Source: Candidatus Latescibacterota bacterium (GTDB lineage Bacteria > Latescibacterota > UBA2968). Taken from it: a stretch of DNA of 64,000 nt. Below, piece by piece: positions 30,735 through 40,377 of the stretch. How positions within the stretch are numbered: the stretch's first letter is position 1; each line of letters begins with the position of its first letter. The stretch lies in assembly GCA_965222605.1 (NCBI GenBank), contig OZ244960.1, positions 3,456,001 to 3,520,000 of the forward strand. The letters run 5' to 3'. A model generated the notes under the pieces. That model saw only the letters and a program-made list of their open reading frames with translations, was not told the DNA's origin and made no database searches. Both the position numbers and the translations under genes were made by a program.

Positions 30735-33700
30735 TTAAAACTTAAACCGCGCCCCGGCCACGATGGTTCGGGGTCTGCCCAGCCCGCCGTTGTAGCGGGT
30801 TAGTTCAGAAATATCGCCATAAGTATCGAACTTGCGGTCTCCGGGCGGCGGTTTTTGGAGGCCGTACTGGATCCAGCGGAAACCAGTGCCCGTGTCGTCG
30901 CGCTGTCCAAAGAGGTTGCGTACCTCCAGGAAAGTCGTGGCTTCGGTATTTTGCCCCAGTCCAAAGTCCTTTTCAAAGCTGACGTCTGTCAGTGTGGCGG
31001 GCGGGCCGTTGCGTCGTTCCCTCGGTCCGGTGGGTGGCGTGTACCAGAACGCGCCTCTGGTGTGCATCTGCCAGACCATGGTCGCGCGGAATCCGGCCAG
31101 GGCCACAATGTGGAAATCCGGCGGCGCAGAGAAGAGGAATTGCACGCTGGCAAAGTTGCGCCTGTCCAGACCGCCATCTAAGGTGGGAATGCTGTAGTAG
31201 GCGATATTGAAGGAGTACAGTCCGTCTTCGAGCAGCACCGGCTGTTCCCAGAATCCAGTGCTCTTTGGCTCTCTTACATCTGCTTTGGATTTGTATTTTT
31301 GGGCAATGACATCGGCCTGCGCTGCCAGTCTGCTCCGCTCTTCGGCCGTTGGTGCGCGGGGCACTTCTTGTCCGCTGGATTCCACGGTGACGCCGGCAAA
31401 GAACTTGTCGCTGTTCACATAGCGAGCCGAGGGGGCTATAAACCATTCCCAGGATGATTTGCCGCCCCGGTGCGCTTTGGCCCAGTTGACGTTGTAGGCC
31501 ACATACAGGGCGGTCATCTGGCTGAACTTTTTCTGGAAGGACAGCTCAAATCCGCGAGACGTGGCAAAGCGGCGATTGAAGAATGCATGAGTATATGAAG
31601 AGTTGAAGCCAAATACTGGCTCGTCGATGAAAAAGTCTGATCCACCGCTGGACAGCGTGCCTTCCTGGTCTTTGTAGAAAGCCGTTAGACCCAACACGTA
31701 ATCGCCGTAGAAGTTGTAGTCGAAGCCCACTTCAAAGTTGGTCGTGCGCTCGGGTTTCATGTTGATATTGCCAAATTCACCCGCCAGCGGATAGACCAGG
31801 GCGTTGAAAATTTCCATCTCGTCGATTTGTCCGTTGCCGTTCAGGTCTTTGTCTGGCCCCGTCGCCCGCCATGTGCGGTTGTAAAGGCTTTGCAAACCGA
31901 CAAACTGGTGGAAGCGTCCGGTGAAAAATCGGATGGTGGAACGCTCTGTGATGGGGTGTGAAATGCCCATGCGCGGGCTGATGGCCGTCTGCGTGGGCGA
32001 ATCCACAATGGGCACGTTTCGCCAGCGCGTCAGCGAATTGTAGTGGTTCCAGATGACCTGGTCCATGGCGCGACCAAAGGATTTGCCGGGCGCGAGGACT
32101 TCATATCGCACGCCCAAATTGACGATCAGGCCCTCAAATTCCATTTTATCCTGGACGTAAGCCGAATAAGTCGCAGGATTAAAGGGATCCATACCCACGA
32201 TGGGGTCGCCCTGGCCCAGCAAGCGGATATTGCGTTCGCGAGTTGTGTTATAGACCACATCTTGCTGTTCGATGCTGTTGCGGATGATCTCAAAACCGGC
32301 TTTTACAAAATGCCCCCGCGTCACCTGGCTGGACAAGTCGCCTTTTAGCAGGATTCGCGTGCGTCGCGCCCAGCTAAAGGCGTGGATATCTCGCGTGCCG
32401 TAAAATCCGTTTGCACCGCGGACGATATCCGTTGTCACTGCCGGCACGTCGCTGGTATCGAGGGATGTGCGCTGGAAAGACACGCGGACTTCGTAAAATG
32501 TTTTGGGCGATACGGTGTGTGTCAAGACGCCGTAAAATACCTGATCGTTGCGCGGCGACTTGCCCGAGGAGCTATATCCTGCGGGCAGGAAGAGGTTGCG
32601 CCCGCTTTCCGAGATGCCGCGTACCCCGCCCGGTGGCACGCCCGTGGTTGCGCCGCCCGGACCGCGCACCACCCTGGTCGCGCCGTTGTTGAACCCGTCT
32701 TTGTACACCCATGTGGTGCCGAGCTTAAATTTGTATTTGTCACCCGGTCGATAGGTCGCATTGGCCGATGTGTTCAGGTTAAAGGGTGCGTGATTGGCTG
32801 GGCCTGGAAAAACAGATGCCTGCCGATCTGTATAGGTACTGAGAAAGAATCCGAGTTGTGGATTAATCGGTCCCGAAACATTGCCTTCCAAAAAATGCCC
32901 CAACGCTTTATCGTAATCTGAGCGCGTTGCATCTATATTGGGATTGCCGGTATCCGGGGTGTTGCCCTCCAGAAGCGGACTGTCATAGACATTCGCGCCC
33001 CAGTGCTTTCTGCCCGGCAGGGTCAGGCGGTATTCGCCCAGCCCGCCGTAGCGCTCTTTGGCCTCGCGGCTCACCAGGCTGATCACACCGCCTTGTGCAT
33101 TGCCGTATTCGGCATTCATGCCGCCGGTGACAACGGCGACTTCTTGCAATGCCCCGCGCGCGAGACTGTTGACCTGTGAAGCCGTGTTGTTTTCGGCTAC
33201 GCCATCGTCATTGGACAGGCGAATGCCGTCGATTTCCACAAAGACTTCATTGGTGCCACCGGTTACCGAGGCGGTATGGCTTGCGCGGATGCGCATGGCG
33301 CCGTCCAGGGAGACGCCCGGCTGCAACTCGATGACTTCTGCCGTATTTCGCGCAAGGGGAACCTGTTCGACCTGCTCGACGCCCACAATATAGCGACTCA
33401 CGGTCTTATCTGGCTCCACAGCAGGTCGCTCGGCAATAACTACCAGTTCGCCGAGTTCTACGGCGGCTTCTTGCAGTACGATATTCACTGTGGTGGTCAA
33501 TTCGACCTGCACCAGCACGTTTTGAATATTTTCGGTGCGGTAGCCCACCAGGGACGCTTCTGCTTCATATACGCCCGGATCGACAGCTAATATTAAAAAG
33601 TAGCCATCTGCATCGGTCACGGCACCGCGCCGCGTGCCCTGTACGACCACGTTGACGCCGGGTAGCGGCCCACCTTGAGCGTCTTTCACCACACCTGTAA

Positions 33701-33797
33701 CTTTTCCTGTTGTAGCTGCCATCCCATCGCCTGGATGGAAGACGCATATTGCGCCGACCAGGATCAGGAGACAGCCCAAACGAATGTTAAAACGCAT
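30735..33797 (-). CDS. TonB-dependent receptor with N-terminal carboxypeptidase-regulatory-like domain
   Basis: TTGKVTGVVKD...LPGVNV, GGMNAEYGNAQGGVI (plug), AYVQDKMEFEGL, SPRMGISHPI, C-terminal RFKF. Confidence 0.92.
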   Translation of the reverse strand: MRFNIRLGCLLILVGAICVFHPGDGMAATTGKVTGVVKDAQGGPLPGVNVVVQGTRRGAVTDADGYFLILAVDPGVYEAEASLVGYRTENIQNVLVQVELTTTVNIVLQEAAVELGELVVIAERPAVEPDKTVSRYIVGVEQVEQVPLARNTAEVIELQPGVSLDGAMRIRASHTASVTGGTNEVFVEIDGIRLSNDDGVAENNTASQVNSLARGALQEVAVVTGGMNAEYGNAQGGVISLVSREAKERYGGLGEYRLTLPGRKHWGANVYDSPLLEGNTPDTGNPNIDATRSDYDKALGHFLEGNVSGPINPQLGFFLSTYTDRQASVFPGPANHAPFNLNTSANATYRPGDKYKFKLGTTWVYKDGFNNGATRVVRGPGGATTGVPPGGVRGISESGRNLFLPAGYSSSGKSPRNDQVFYGVLTHTVSPKTFYEVRVSFQRTSLDTSDVPAVTTDIVRGANGFYGTRDIHAFSWARRTRILLKGDLSSQVTRGHFVKAGFEIIRNSIEQQDVVYNTTRERNIRLLGQGDPIVGMDPFNPATYSAYVQDKMEFEGLIVNLGVRYEVLAPGKSFGRAMDQVIWNHYNSLTRWRNVPIVDSPTQTAISPRMGISHPITERSTIRFFTGRFHQFVGLQSLYNRTWRATGPDKDLNGNGQIDEMEIFNALVYPLAGEFGNINMKPERTTNFEVGFDYNFYGDYVLGLTAFYKDQEGTLSSGGSDFFIDEPVFGFNSSYTHAFFNRRFATSRGFELSFQKKFSQMTALYVAYNVNWAKAHRGGKSSWEWFIAPSARYVNSDKFFAGVTVESSGQEVPRAPTAEERSRLAAQADVIAQKYKSKADVREPKSTGFWEQPVLLEDGLYSFNIAYYSIPTLDGGLDRRNFASVQFLFSAPPDFHIVALAGFRATMVWQMHTRGAFWYTPPTGPRERRNGPPATLTDVSFEKDFGLGQNTEATTFLEVRNLFGQRDDTGTGFRWIQYGLQKPPPGDRKFDTYGDISELTRYNGGLGRPRTIVAGARFKF

Positions 33798-33812
33798 GCT
33801 GAACCTCCGTTA

Positions 33813-34511
33813 CTATTTTGGGAAATACAACTTGAGCCGAACACCCAGGTTGAGTTTGTGAAATGGAAATGCCTCTTGTAAGCCCCAGGCTTCCAGGGGT
33901 CGCACATGGCCCCAGATGACGTGGTATTGTGCCCGAAGGTCAAATGCAAAATTCTGAGAGGCGAAATATTCGACGCCCAAACCGGCGTTCACGCCCAAAG
34001 CTGTGCGAACGTCTGATTCGGGACGCTGTATCAAATTGGTATCCAGCGTTCCACTTTGACCGGGATAAATTAATCCGCTGATTTCGTTGTTGTAGTGGTA
34101 AAAGCCCGATCCGATGACGAAGTACGGCGCGCCGCCACCCGATTCCAATTTTTCCCCTCCGCCGTTGAAATGGTAAATATAGTTGGCGGTTAGTGTAAAC
34201 CAGGTCATTTCTGAACTGGCGTTGGGACTGCCGTATTCCTGCAGGTCAACTGACCACAGAAAGCTGCGGTTTTCCAGTTCTCCCGAACCGTATTTGGCAT
34301 ATCGCGCGTCCAGTTCAAATGTCCAGGTCTGGTTGTTGATGCGCGAGATCGTTCCCCCGATGTCAATCCCACCCGAGGGAAACCATTGGTTCAACTTGAA
34401 CAGCGGCACATCGTATTGCCCGGTCACCCCAACAGACCAGGTGCCGTTCACTTCTGCCACTCCCGGCCCAATAAGGGCCAGACTTAATAACGCTGCTACA
34501 ATAAATCTCAT
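33813..34511 (-). CDS. Small outer-membrane beta-barrel protein (OmpA-transmembrane-like)
   Basis: Signal peptide, alternating beta-strand pattern, PYFVIGSG, GLGVEYF, terminal LKLYF. Confidence 0.8.
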   Translation of the reverse strand: MRFIVAALLSLALIGPGVAEVNGTWSVGVTGQYDVPLFKLNQWFPSGGIDIGGTISRINNQTWTFELDARYAKYGSGELENRSFLWSVDLQEYGSPNASSEMTWFTLTANYIYHFNGGGEKLESGGGAPYFVIGSGFYHYNNEISGLIYPGQSGTLDTNLIQRPESDVRTALGVNAGLGVEYFASQNFAFDLRAQYHVIWGHVRPLEAWGLQEAFPFHKLNLGVRLKLYFPK

Positions 34512-34560
34512 GCAATGACCTCCTCTTTGCGGTTTGTGTGACGATTTGCATGCTGCGGGA

Positions 34561-34710
34561 AAAACACATCTGTTCTCAAACTATAGGCATAACCTCCTTT
34601 CGGATCTCGGATGAAAGGATCAGGTGTATTAAAGCTGATGAACCACAACGATTATTTGTTTCAAAACGACTCATGTTAATACCCAAATTAAGGCGGGTCA
34701 ATCAAAAACG
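34561..34710 (-). promoter_or_regulatory. Promoter and conserved leader of operon copy 1
   Basis: Minus-strand TTGACC (34696-34701), 17 bp, TAACAT (34673-34678). Blocks are conserved with 46588-46753. Confidence 0.65.
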
Positions 34711-34757
34711 ATGGCTTGTAAAAGCTATTTTGCGATTCTTTTTGGAACCTCAGGCTC

Positions 34758-37247
34758 TCACTTTTCAGGTGTTGCACCATAGACAAACATAACCTCGCGG
34801 GTGTCCTTCTGTTTGCCGACTTCGTCCGTTATGGTCACTTGCAAAATATTTACACCCGGTTTGGCTTTTTGCAAATTTAGTTCTACGTATTCTTTTTCCA
34901 CGGGATTGGAGCCGACTTGATCGTAAGCGATAGATACTTCCGGTCTTTTTCTTTGCAAGAGTGCGCGAAGTCCCGATGAGATCGCGCTGGCGACTCCTGA
35001 GGAGAATTGGGAACTGAACTTAATCTGGTATTGCACTTTGTAGCGCGTCTGGCCGAATTTGTTGCGTTTCAGATTGTAGATTTCGAAATAGGCGAATACC
35101 TGTCTGCCGCTTCCGTAAGTTCTGGATGGATGGGGGATCACCCACACATCGTCTTTCCGAAGGCGGTCGTTTTTGCCCTCTTTTTTTATAGCGAGGGCAA
35201 GCTGGATGCCGCTCACTTTAAGTTGGCCGGAACTGTAGTCGTGAATATCCACATCTTGTTTGTAAACTCCTATGCGCCCAGAGATCACATCTTTCAACTG
35301 CACTTGAAGTTGGTATTTGCCGGGGGGAACTTCCAGTTTGAGCAGATCCGGCACAAATGCCCCTTTTCGCTCATCAAACCCGTCGCTTTTTTGATAGGTG
35401 AATACATCCGCTGTGCGATAAATGTGGGTATGTTCCTCGTCTGCAAGAGCCAATGTTCCCTGTACATGGATCAGGTGATCTTTCTGCGTCTGAGAGATTT
35501 TCACCTCTGCGGGGGGCACGCCGTAATAGACTTCGAGTTGGGTCTGGCCGTTCTCGCCGCGAAAGTCCGCGAGATCGTAGTAAAAGCCCAGCGCGTCTGC
35601 ACGGATGTCTGGGCGATAAAAGTCGGGCGTTTTTGCAACTGCCTTCTGGTAAATCACGCCGGGTGTGTAGCGAATTAGTTGCACTGCCTTCTTGAGCTTG
35701 TCGTCTCCAGCGGCCCTCGGCGGCAAGGGAGCGAAATCAAAATCGCCGCGTCCCACCTCATCTGTAAACGTAAATTCCACGCCGTTCTGGAGTTTTGTAT
35801 AGGTCCAGGTTTCCCATGGTACGGATTCCTGCGGACCATCCACAGTGACGGGCGCGTAGCTGTCGAATGCCATTTTTGGTATCGGATTTCCAGAACGATC
35901 TGTAATGCCCTGATCCCGCCGAGGTGTCGCGCCGGGCGTGGCGTCGATGGGATCCAGAGAATCCAGTTCGATGTCTTCCTCATTTGAGTCGCTGGTTCCC
36001 AGCCTGGCGATATCTCCGCGGTTCACCTCGGGCGGACTGTCCGTTGTGCTAAACGGGTCGCGCCGGGTGCGAATGGGAAAGACGGGGCCGATGAAGGTCA
36101 AATACGCAGCCTGTGGTCCGTATAGATCTACGGCCATTTGCGTTCGCACGGCCTCCACTTCCGGGCTTATGATAAATTCGCGGTTGTCGGAACGGGAGCG
36201 GTAATCCGGTTCGCCAAAGCGAATATACACTTCGCCCCGCCGGTCCCAGGGATACACCTTCGTAGAGAAGAAGGTTCGGGCGAACCAGACGCGGCGATAA
36301 TGCTCGATAATGCGCTCGTTGATCGCGGTTAGAATATCGGGATCTCTACGCCTCCAGAACTGGTGTAGATAGGCGAGTCGTTCCGCTTCTTTTTCGAGCG
36401 CGGCATAAGCATGCCGTTCCTTTTCCGAAGCCACGAGGGAGATATCCGTGTAATGCGCCCTTTCCGTTTCGTCCAGTTTGAGAAGGTATCGCTCGAACAA
36501 GGCCAGAGCACGTTCGTATTTCTCCAGATAAAAGAACCCTTGAGCCACTTGTGAAATTAATCTCGTTTCCCCTGGATCTCGCGCCAGATAGGGCGCGAGA
36601 TACTGTTCAATGAGATCAAATCGTTTGGCCTGGATGCACGCAAGCCCGAAGTAATAAAGTCCATCTGGATTGTCTGGCTCCTTTTCAACGTATTGCAGGT
36701 AGTACACGATCGCCTTTTCGTGATCGTCTCGGAATCGCTCATAGATTTCACCCAAAAGGCGATATGCCGGTGAGTATGTGGAATCAATTTTAGTCGCGCG
36801 TTTGGCCTCGCCCAAGGCTTTGCGGAAGTTTTGCAGCGCGCCCATTCCCCTGGCGGGACGTTCGGCATAGGTCAACCCAACACCGACGTAGGCTTCGGGG
36901 AGATCCGGGTTGAGTTCTTTGGCCTTTTCATAGGCGGCCTCAGCGGCGTCGTAATCGGCATTGGATAGATGTGCATAGCCCAATCGGGTTCTCAAATAGG
37001 CGTCTTTGGGATAGGATTGCGTGAGTCTCGTGAAGATCTCGATAGCGAGATCGAGTTCTCGGTTCAAAATTTTCTCCTCACCGAGGGCCACGAGCGAATC
37101 TCGCTCGGCGTCTGTGAGCGACACGGGTGGATTAGTCCCTTCAGATGGGGAAGCAAGGAACACAATACCAATGATTGCAAAGAGACGCAGATTTTGGAGT
37201 CTCATGATGATCACCTGCCATGGTTTGAAAGTGAATGCTTTTCTCAC
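34758..37247 (-). CDS. TPR + GWxTD-domain protein
   Basis: TPR helices, FWRRRDP, EHYRRV, PWDRRGEVYIRFGEPD, WETWTY, C-terminal YFEIYNL Ig-like region. Start may be ATG 37205. Confidence 0.85.
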   Translation of the reverse strand: MRKAFTFKPWQVIIMRLQNLRLFAIIGIVFLASPSEGTNPPVSLTDAERDSLVALGEEKILNRELDLAIEIFTRLTQSYPKDAYLRTRLGYAHLSNADYDAAEAAYEKAKELNPDLPEAYVGVGLTYAERPARGMGALQNFRKALGEAKRATKIDSTYSPAYRLLGEIYERFRDDHEKAIVYYLQYVEKEPDNPDGLYYFGLACIQAKRFDLIEQYLAPYLARDPGETRLISQVAQGFFYLEKYERALALFERYLLKLDETERAHYTDISLVASEKERHAYAALEKEAERLAYLHQFWRRRDPDILTAINERIIEHYRRVWFARTFFSTKVYPWDRRGEVYIRFGEPDYRSRSDNREFIISPEVEAVRTQMAVDLYGPQAAYLTFIGPVFPIRTRRDPFSTTDSPPEVNRGDIARLGTSDSNEEDIELDSLDPIDATPGATPRRDQGITDRSGNPIPKMAFDSYAPVTVDGPQESVPWETWTYTKLQNGVEFTFTDEVGRGDFDFAPLPPRAAGDDKLKKAVQLIRYTPGVIYQKAVAKTPDFYRPDIRADALGFYYDLADFRGENGQTQLEVYYGVPPAEVKISQTQKDHLIHVQGTLALADEEHTHIYRTADVFTYQKSDGFDERKGAFVPDLLKLEVPPGKYQLQVQLKDVISGRIGVYKQDVDIHDYSSGQLKVSGIQLALAIKKEGKNDRLRKDDVWVIPHPSRTYGSGRQVFAYFEIYNLKRNKFGQTRYKVQYQIKFSSQFSSGVASAISSGLRALLQRKRPEVSIAYDQVGSNPVEKEYVELNLQKAKPGVNILQVTITDEVGKQKDTREVMFVYGATPEK

Positions 37248-39226
37248 CAGTTATGAACTTCGTGTCCCTGTCCCGACCACAGGGTTGCATCGACGATAAA
37301 AGACCATACAACCCCTGCCGTATAGCCGACAAGCAGCCCGAGAAAGACGGGTGTTGCTTTGCGGTAAAGCTGAACACCGCCGACAGCCATGATGATGGTC
37401 TTGCACCCCCAGGCGATAAAAATTGGCATCACATAGTGAGCCGTGTTATCCGCCGACGAGAGGGCCAATCCTATGGGGTGTATCTGCCACCAGCGAAAAC
37501 GATATCTGAGGAATGTCAACAATGCCATCAACGCGGCGCCAATGCCAAAGAAAACCATTCTCGCCGGGTCTGGCGCTTTGGGGGTTCTCATTTGTGATAG
37601 CGTAGAGGCAAACACCCTCTTCGGATCGCCGCTGAAAAACGGAAATCTGGGAAAATTGTATGCCCCGTGCGAATAGCCCAGGTAGAGCGTGTAGAGTACC
37701 GATGCGGCCAGGCCGAGCAACACGCCAATACCAACCCAGACGAGTAGCGCGCGCCGGTTGCCGCGAATTAGATCTCCCAATTTCACGGAATGGGCAACGC
37801 CCGGCGCGAACAGGCCGCGCATGTAATCAACCAGCGAATAAGACAGTGCGATTGCAGCCAGGCTCGCATTTGAAATGGCATAGGTACCCCGCATATCCAT
37901 AACAAATGCTTGTGGCGTGATAGTTGCCCCGGAATAGACGATCCCCGCTTCACAAACCACCCTTGCCAGGCCGATATAAATGACACCGGCGGCTGCGAGA
38001 TAGATTGTTGCTGTGGCGAGATCCATCCCAACTTGATGAAGCCAGAAAATTATGTAGGCCAGGCTACTCAGAAGCGCGAAAACAGAAGTTCGGTAGGAGA
38101 GTACCTCTCCACTGTCATTCACGCGATGTTGGGAAGAAAAGGCCCTGGCAAATACATCCCGCAAATGGTGGCGTGCCACCCACAGCCGCCATACCACCAT
38201 GGCAGCCAACGCCCCAAAACACTGCCACGCCTCTGTGGGGGGATCCGCGCTGAAGGAATCGGTTGATCTCTCGATCTGATACCCCAGGCGGTTGAAAATG
38301 CCGCCTTCTACGACGTGCAATAAAAAAAAGAACCAGACTGAAAACAACACCTGCGTGTTGGCGAAATACGCAAATCCGATGGTGAACAGATTGAGAGGCT
38401 CCATAACGACCACGGGGGAGTACCGCGTGAATCGAAAATCGCCCGCATTGGGAAAAATGTTCAGTGCCGGAACAAGGGGGAAAGACCACGATACCGTATT
38501 CCAAAAGAACAATGCGAAAGCAATGATTGCCGGGATCCAGAACAACTTTCCCCGCATGAACTCGGGGATCAATTTCTTCGCCCCGGCATCTTGCGCCATT
38601 TCAAGTGGAACCGCAACAAGGGGATAGACCAGTTTCTCATTGTCCGACCACTGTTTGCGGAGGATCACCATCGTGCTGGCCGACAGGGCGAAGACAGCGA
38701 GGATAAAAGTTGCCCACCACGCCAATGGCGCGACCCAAACTCCCCAGGGTATTGACGCGCCCAGAGGCAGCCCTTCAAAGAATGTGCGGAGGGCTTCTGG
38801 TTCTGTTGGCACCACCCATGAATTTAGATGCGGATGATAAAATTCCGCCCACCGATTTTCCGGGGTGGAAAAATAGATCGGGGTTGCAATCACCCCGATT
38901 AAAAAACCCGTGATGCCAGAGGCGGGCACTACGCAACCGACCATGCCAATGGCGACGATCGCCAGCAACTCGGAGGGGGAAAATGCAATCCGAGGACTGC
39001 ACATTTTGAGAAATGGGTTGGCGACAGCCACCAGAATGAGAAACACGGCCATGAGCGTGAGTTGGAAATAACTCAGATTCAGACGGGAGGAATGCACGAC
39101 CGTTTCTGCATACGTTACCCACAAATTGATGAAAACCACGATCCCCAGTCCCAACACCACCGAGCGGAATGTGAGGCCGCGTTCTGCTGGTGCGGGTGTT
39201 GTGGTTTTCTCCTTTGAACGCATCAT
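37244..39226 (-). CDS. DUF6785/DUF6784-like multi-pass membrane protein (putative peptide transporter)
   Basis: Third paralog, same motifs (LRKQWSDNEKLVYPL, WQIHPIG). Confidence 0.8.
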   Translation of the reverse strand: MMRSKEKTTTPAPAERGLTFRSVVLGLGIVVFINLWVTYAETVVHSSRLNLSYFQLTLMAVFLILVAVANPFLKMCSPRIAFSPSELLAIVAIGMVGCVVPASGITGFLIGVIATPIYFSTPENRWAEFYHPHLNSWVVPTEPEALRTFFEGLPLGASIPWGVWVAPLAWWATFILAVFALSASTMVILRKQWSDNEKLVYPLVAVPLEMAQDAGAKKLIPEFMRGKLFWIPAIIAFALFFWNTVSWSFPLVPALNIFPNAGDFRFTRYSPVVVMEPLNLFTIGFAYFANTQVLFSVWFFFLLHVVEGGIFNRLGYQIERSTDSFSADPPTEAWQCFGALAAMVVWRLWVARHHLRDVFARAFSSQHRVNDSGEVLSYRTSVFALLSSLAYIIFWLHQVGMDLATATIYLAAAGVIYIGLARVVCEAGIVYSGATITPQAFVMDMRGTYAISNASLAAIALSYSLVDYMRGLFAPGVAHSVKLGDLIRGNRRALLVWVGIGVLLGLAASVLYTLYLGYSHGAYNFPRFPFFSGDPKRVFASTLSQMRTPKAPDPARMVFFGIGAALMALLTFLRYRFRWWQIHPIGLALSSADNTAHYVMPIFIAWGCKTIIMAVGGVQLYRKATPVFLGLLVGYTAGVVWSFIVDATLWSGQGHEVHNW

Positions 39227-39239
39227 TTCCAATCCACAT

Positions 39240-39292
39240 AAAAAAATGAGACTCCGCCCGAAGCCGGACGGGCATCCGTTTCGAGCGGAGTC
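39240..39292 (-). terminator. Hairpin with U-tract between PorV-like and DUF6785-like genes (partial terminator or attenuator)
   Basis: Stem GACTCCGC...GCGGAGTC followed on the minus strand by a T7 run. Confidence 0.55.
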
Positions 39293-39333
39293 GTATATTC
39301 AGCAAGCTGGCGTTTGGCCCGGCTCAAGCCCTC

Positions 39334-40344
39334 CTAAAACGAACCCGAAAGGCTGATGCGCAAAGGCGGGTCGAACAAGTCGCCGAAGTCGCTGTAGGAA
39401 ATATCCAGGCCGATGTTGCGCCCTGAAAAATCCCCTTTCAGGCCAGCGCCAACGCTCCAGGATTCGCTGTCGTATTTGAATTTATATCCCGCTCGCAGCG
39501 CGACCATATTGGCGAGCCAAAATTCGCCGCCCAGGTTCCAGCGTTGCAACCGGTCGGTAAAATACGCCCCTTCAAATGCCACGGTCAATGAAGTCGGGTC
39601 GCCCAGGTTCCCGTATAACTCCATCGCTACGCCAAGGTGGAAGGTGAGGGGCATCTCCGATTTCTCACTCACGATTTCCTGCTCGCCTCCCAGATTTTTC
39701 AGATTCATTCCCAGGCGCAAGCTCCGAAATCCGGTGTACATCAGCGAGTTCACATTGATGGAAACCGCTTTAAGCGTAACATCCGCCAGTTTGGACTGGA
39801 TATACCGAATGGTGCCGCCGGCTGATAGCTTATCCGTCAACTGGTAGGCATACGTCGCGCCAATGGCCATATCGCCTACGGTCACGTTTCGCCCCGTGCC
39901 ATCGGGTTGCATTGTGGTGGTTTCCATAAATGTGGGCGGTTGGAAGTTCACGAGAGAGAGGCCCACCACGCCCCAACTGCCGGTATTATACACAACAGCA
40001 CCCGAGTAAAACGCGGAATCAACCAGCCATTTTGCGTAACCAAATGCATAACCGAACTTGTTGATTTTCGTGGTCCCGGCCGGGTTCCAAACAATGCCGT
40101 CCATGCCGTCGGCCACGGCTGTAAATGCATCTCCCATGCCCGATACGCGGGCATTTGTAGATACTTTTAAGAATTGGAATGTCGATGGCTTGATCTTGTT
40201 CCGGCCGTCCAGGGTCAGAAAATCATCCTCTGCATTGGGAAATAAGGACTGACCGATTGCAGGTTGCGCTGTGCAGACCGCCAAAAACGCGATTGCGAGA
40301 AGCGGTATGCAACTTCGACAGAGGTTCAACAACATCCGTTTCAT
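39334..40344 (-). CDS. PorV/PorQ-family outer-membrane beta-barrel
   Basis: FQFLKVSTNARVSGMGDAFTAV...WNPAG. Close paralog of 27381..28358. Confidence 0.85.
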   Translation of the reverse strand: MKRMLLNLCRSCIPLLAIAFLAVCTAQPAIGQSLFPNAEDDFLTLDGRNKIKPSTFQFLKVSTNARVSGMGDAFTAVADGMDGIVWNPAGTTKINKFGYAFGYAKWLVDSAFYSGAVVYNTGSWGVVGLSLVNFQPPTFMETTTMQPDGTGRNVTVGDMAIGATYAYQLTDKLSAGGTIRYIQSKLADVTLKAVSINVNSLMYTGFRSLRLGMNLKNLGGEQEIVSEKSEMPLTFHLGVAMELYGNLGDPTSLTVAFEGAYFTDRLQRWNLGGEFWLANMVALRAGYKFKYDSESWSVGAGLKGDFSGRNIGLDISYSDFGDLFDPPLRISLSGSF

Positions 40345-40377
40345 AGCTGTTTATCCTTTTTTTGAGGTCCAAAACCA

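Noticed and set aside
34605-34650. GAAA...CTGATGA on the + strand (also ~46638-46685) suggested a hammerhead ribozyme
   Set aside because: The bases flanking the core cannot form stem II beyond one pair in either copy, and the motif is antisense to the predicted transcript.
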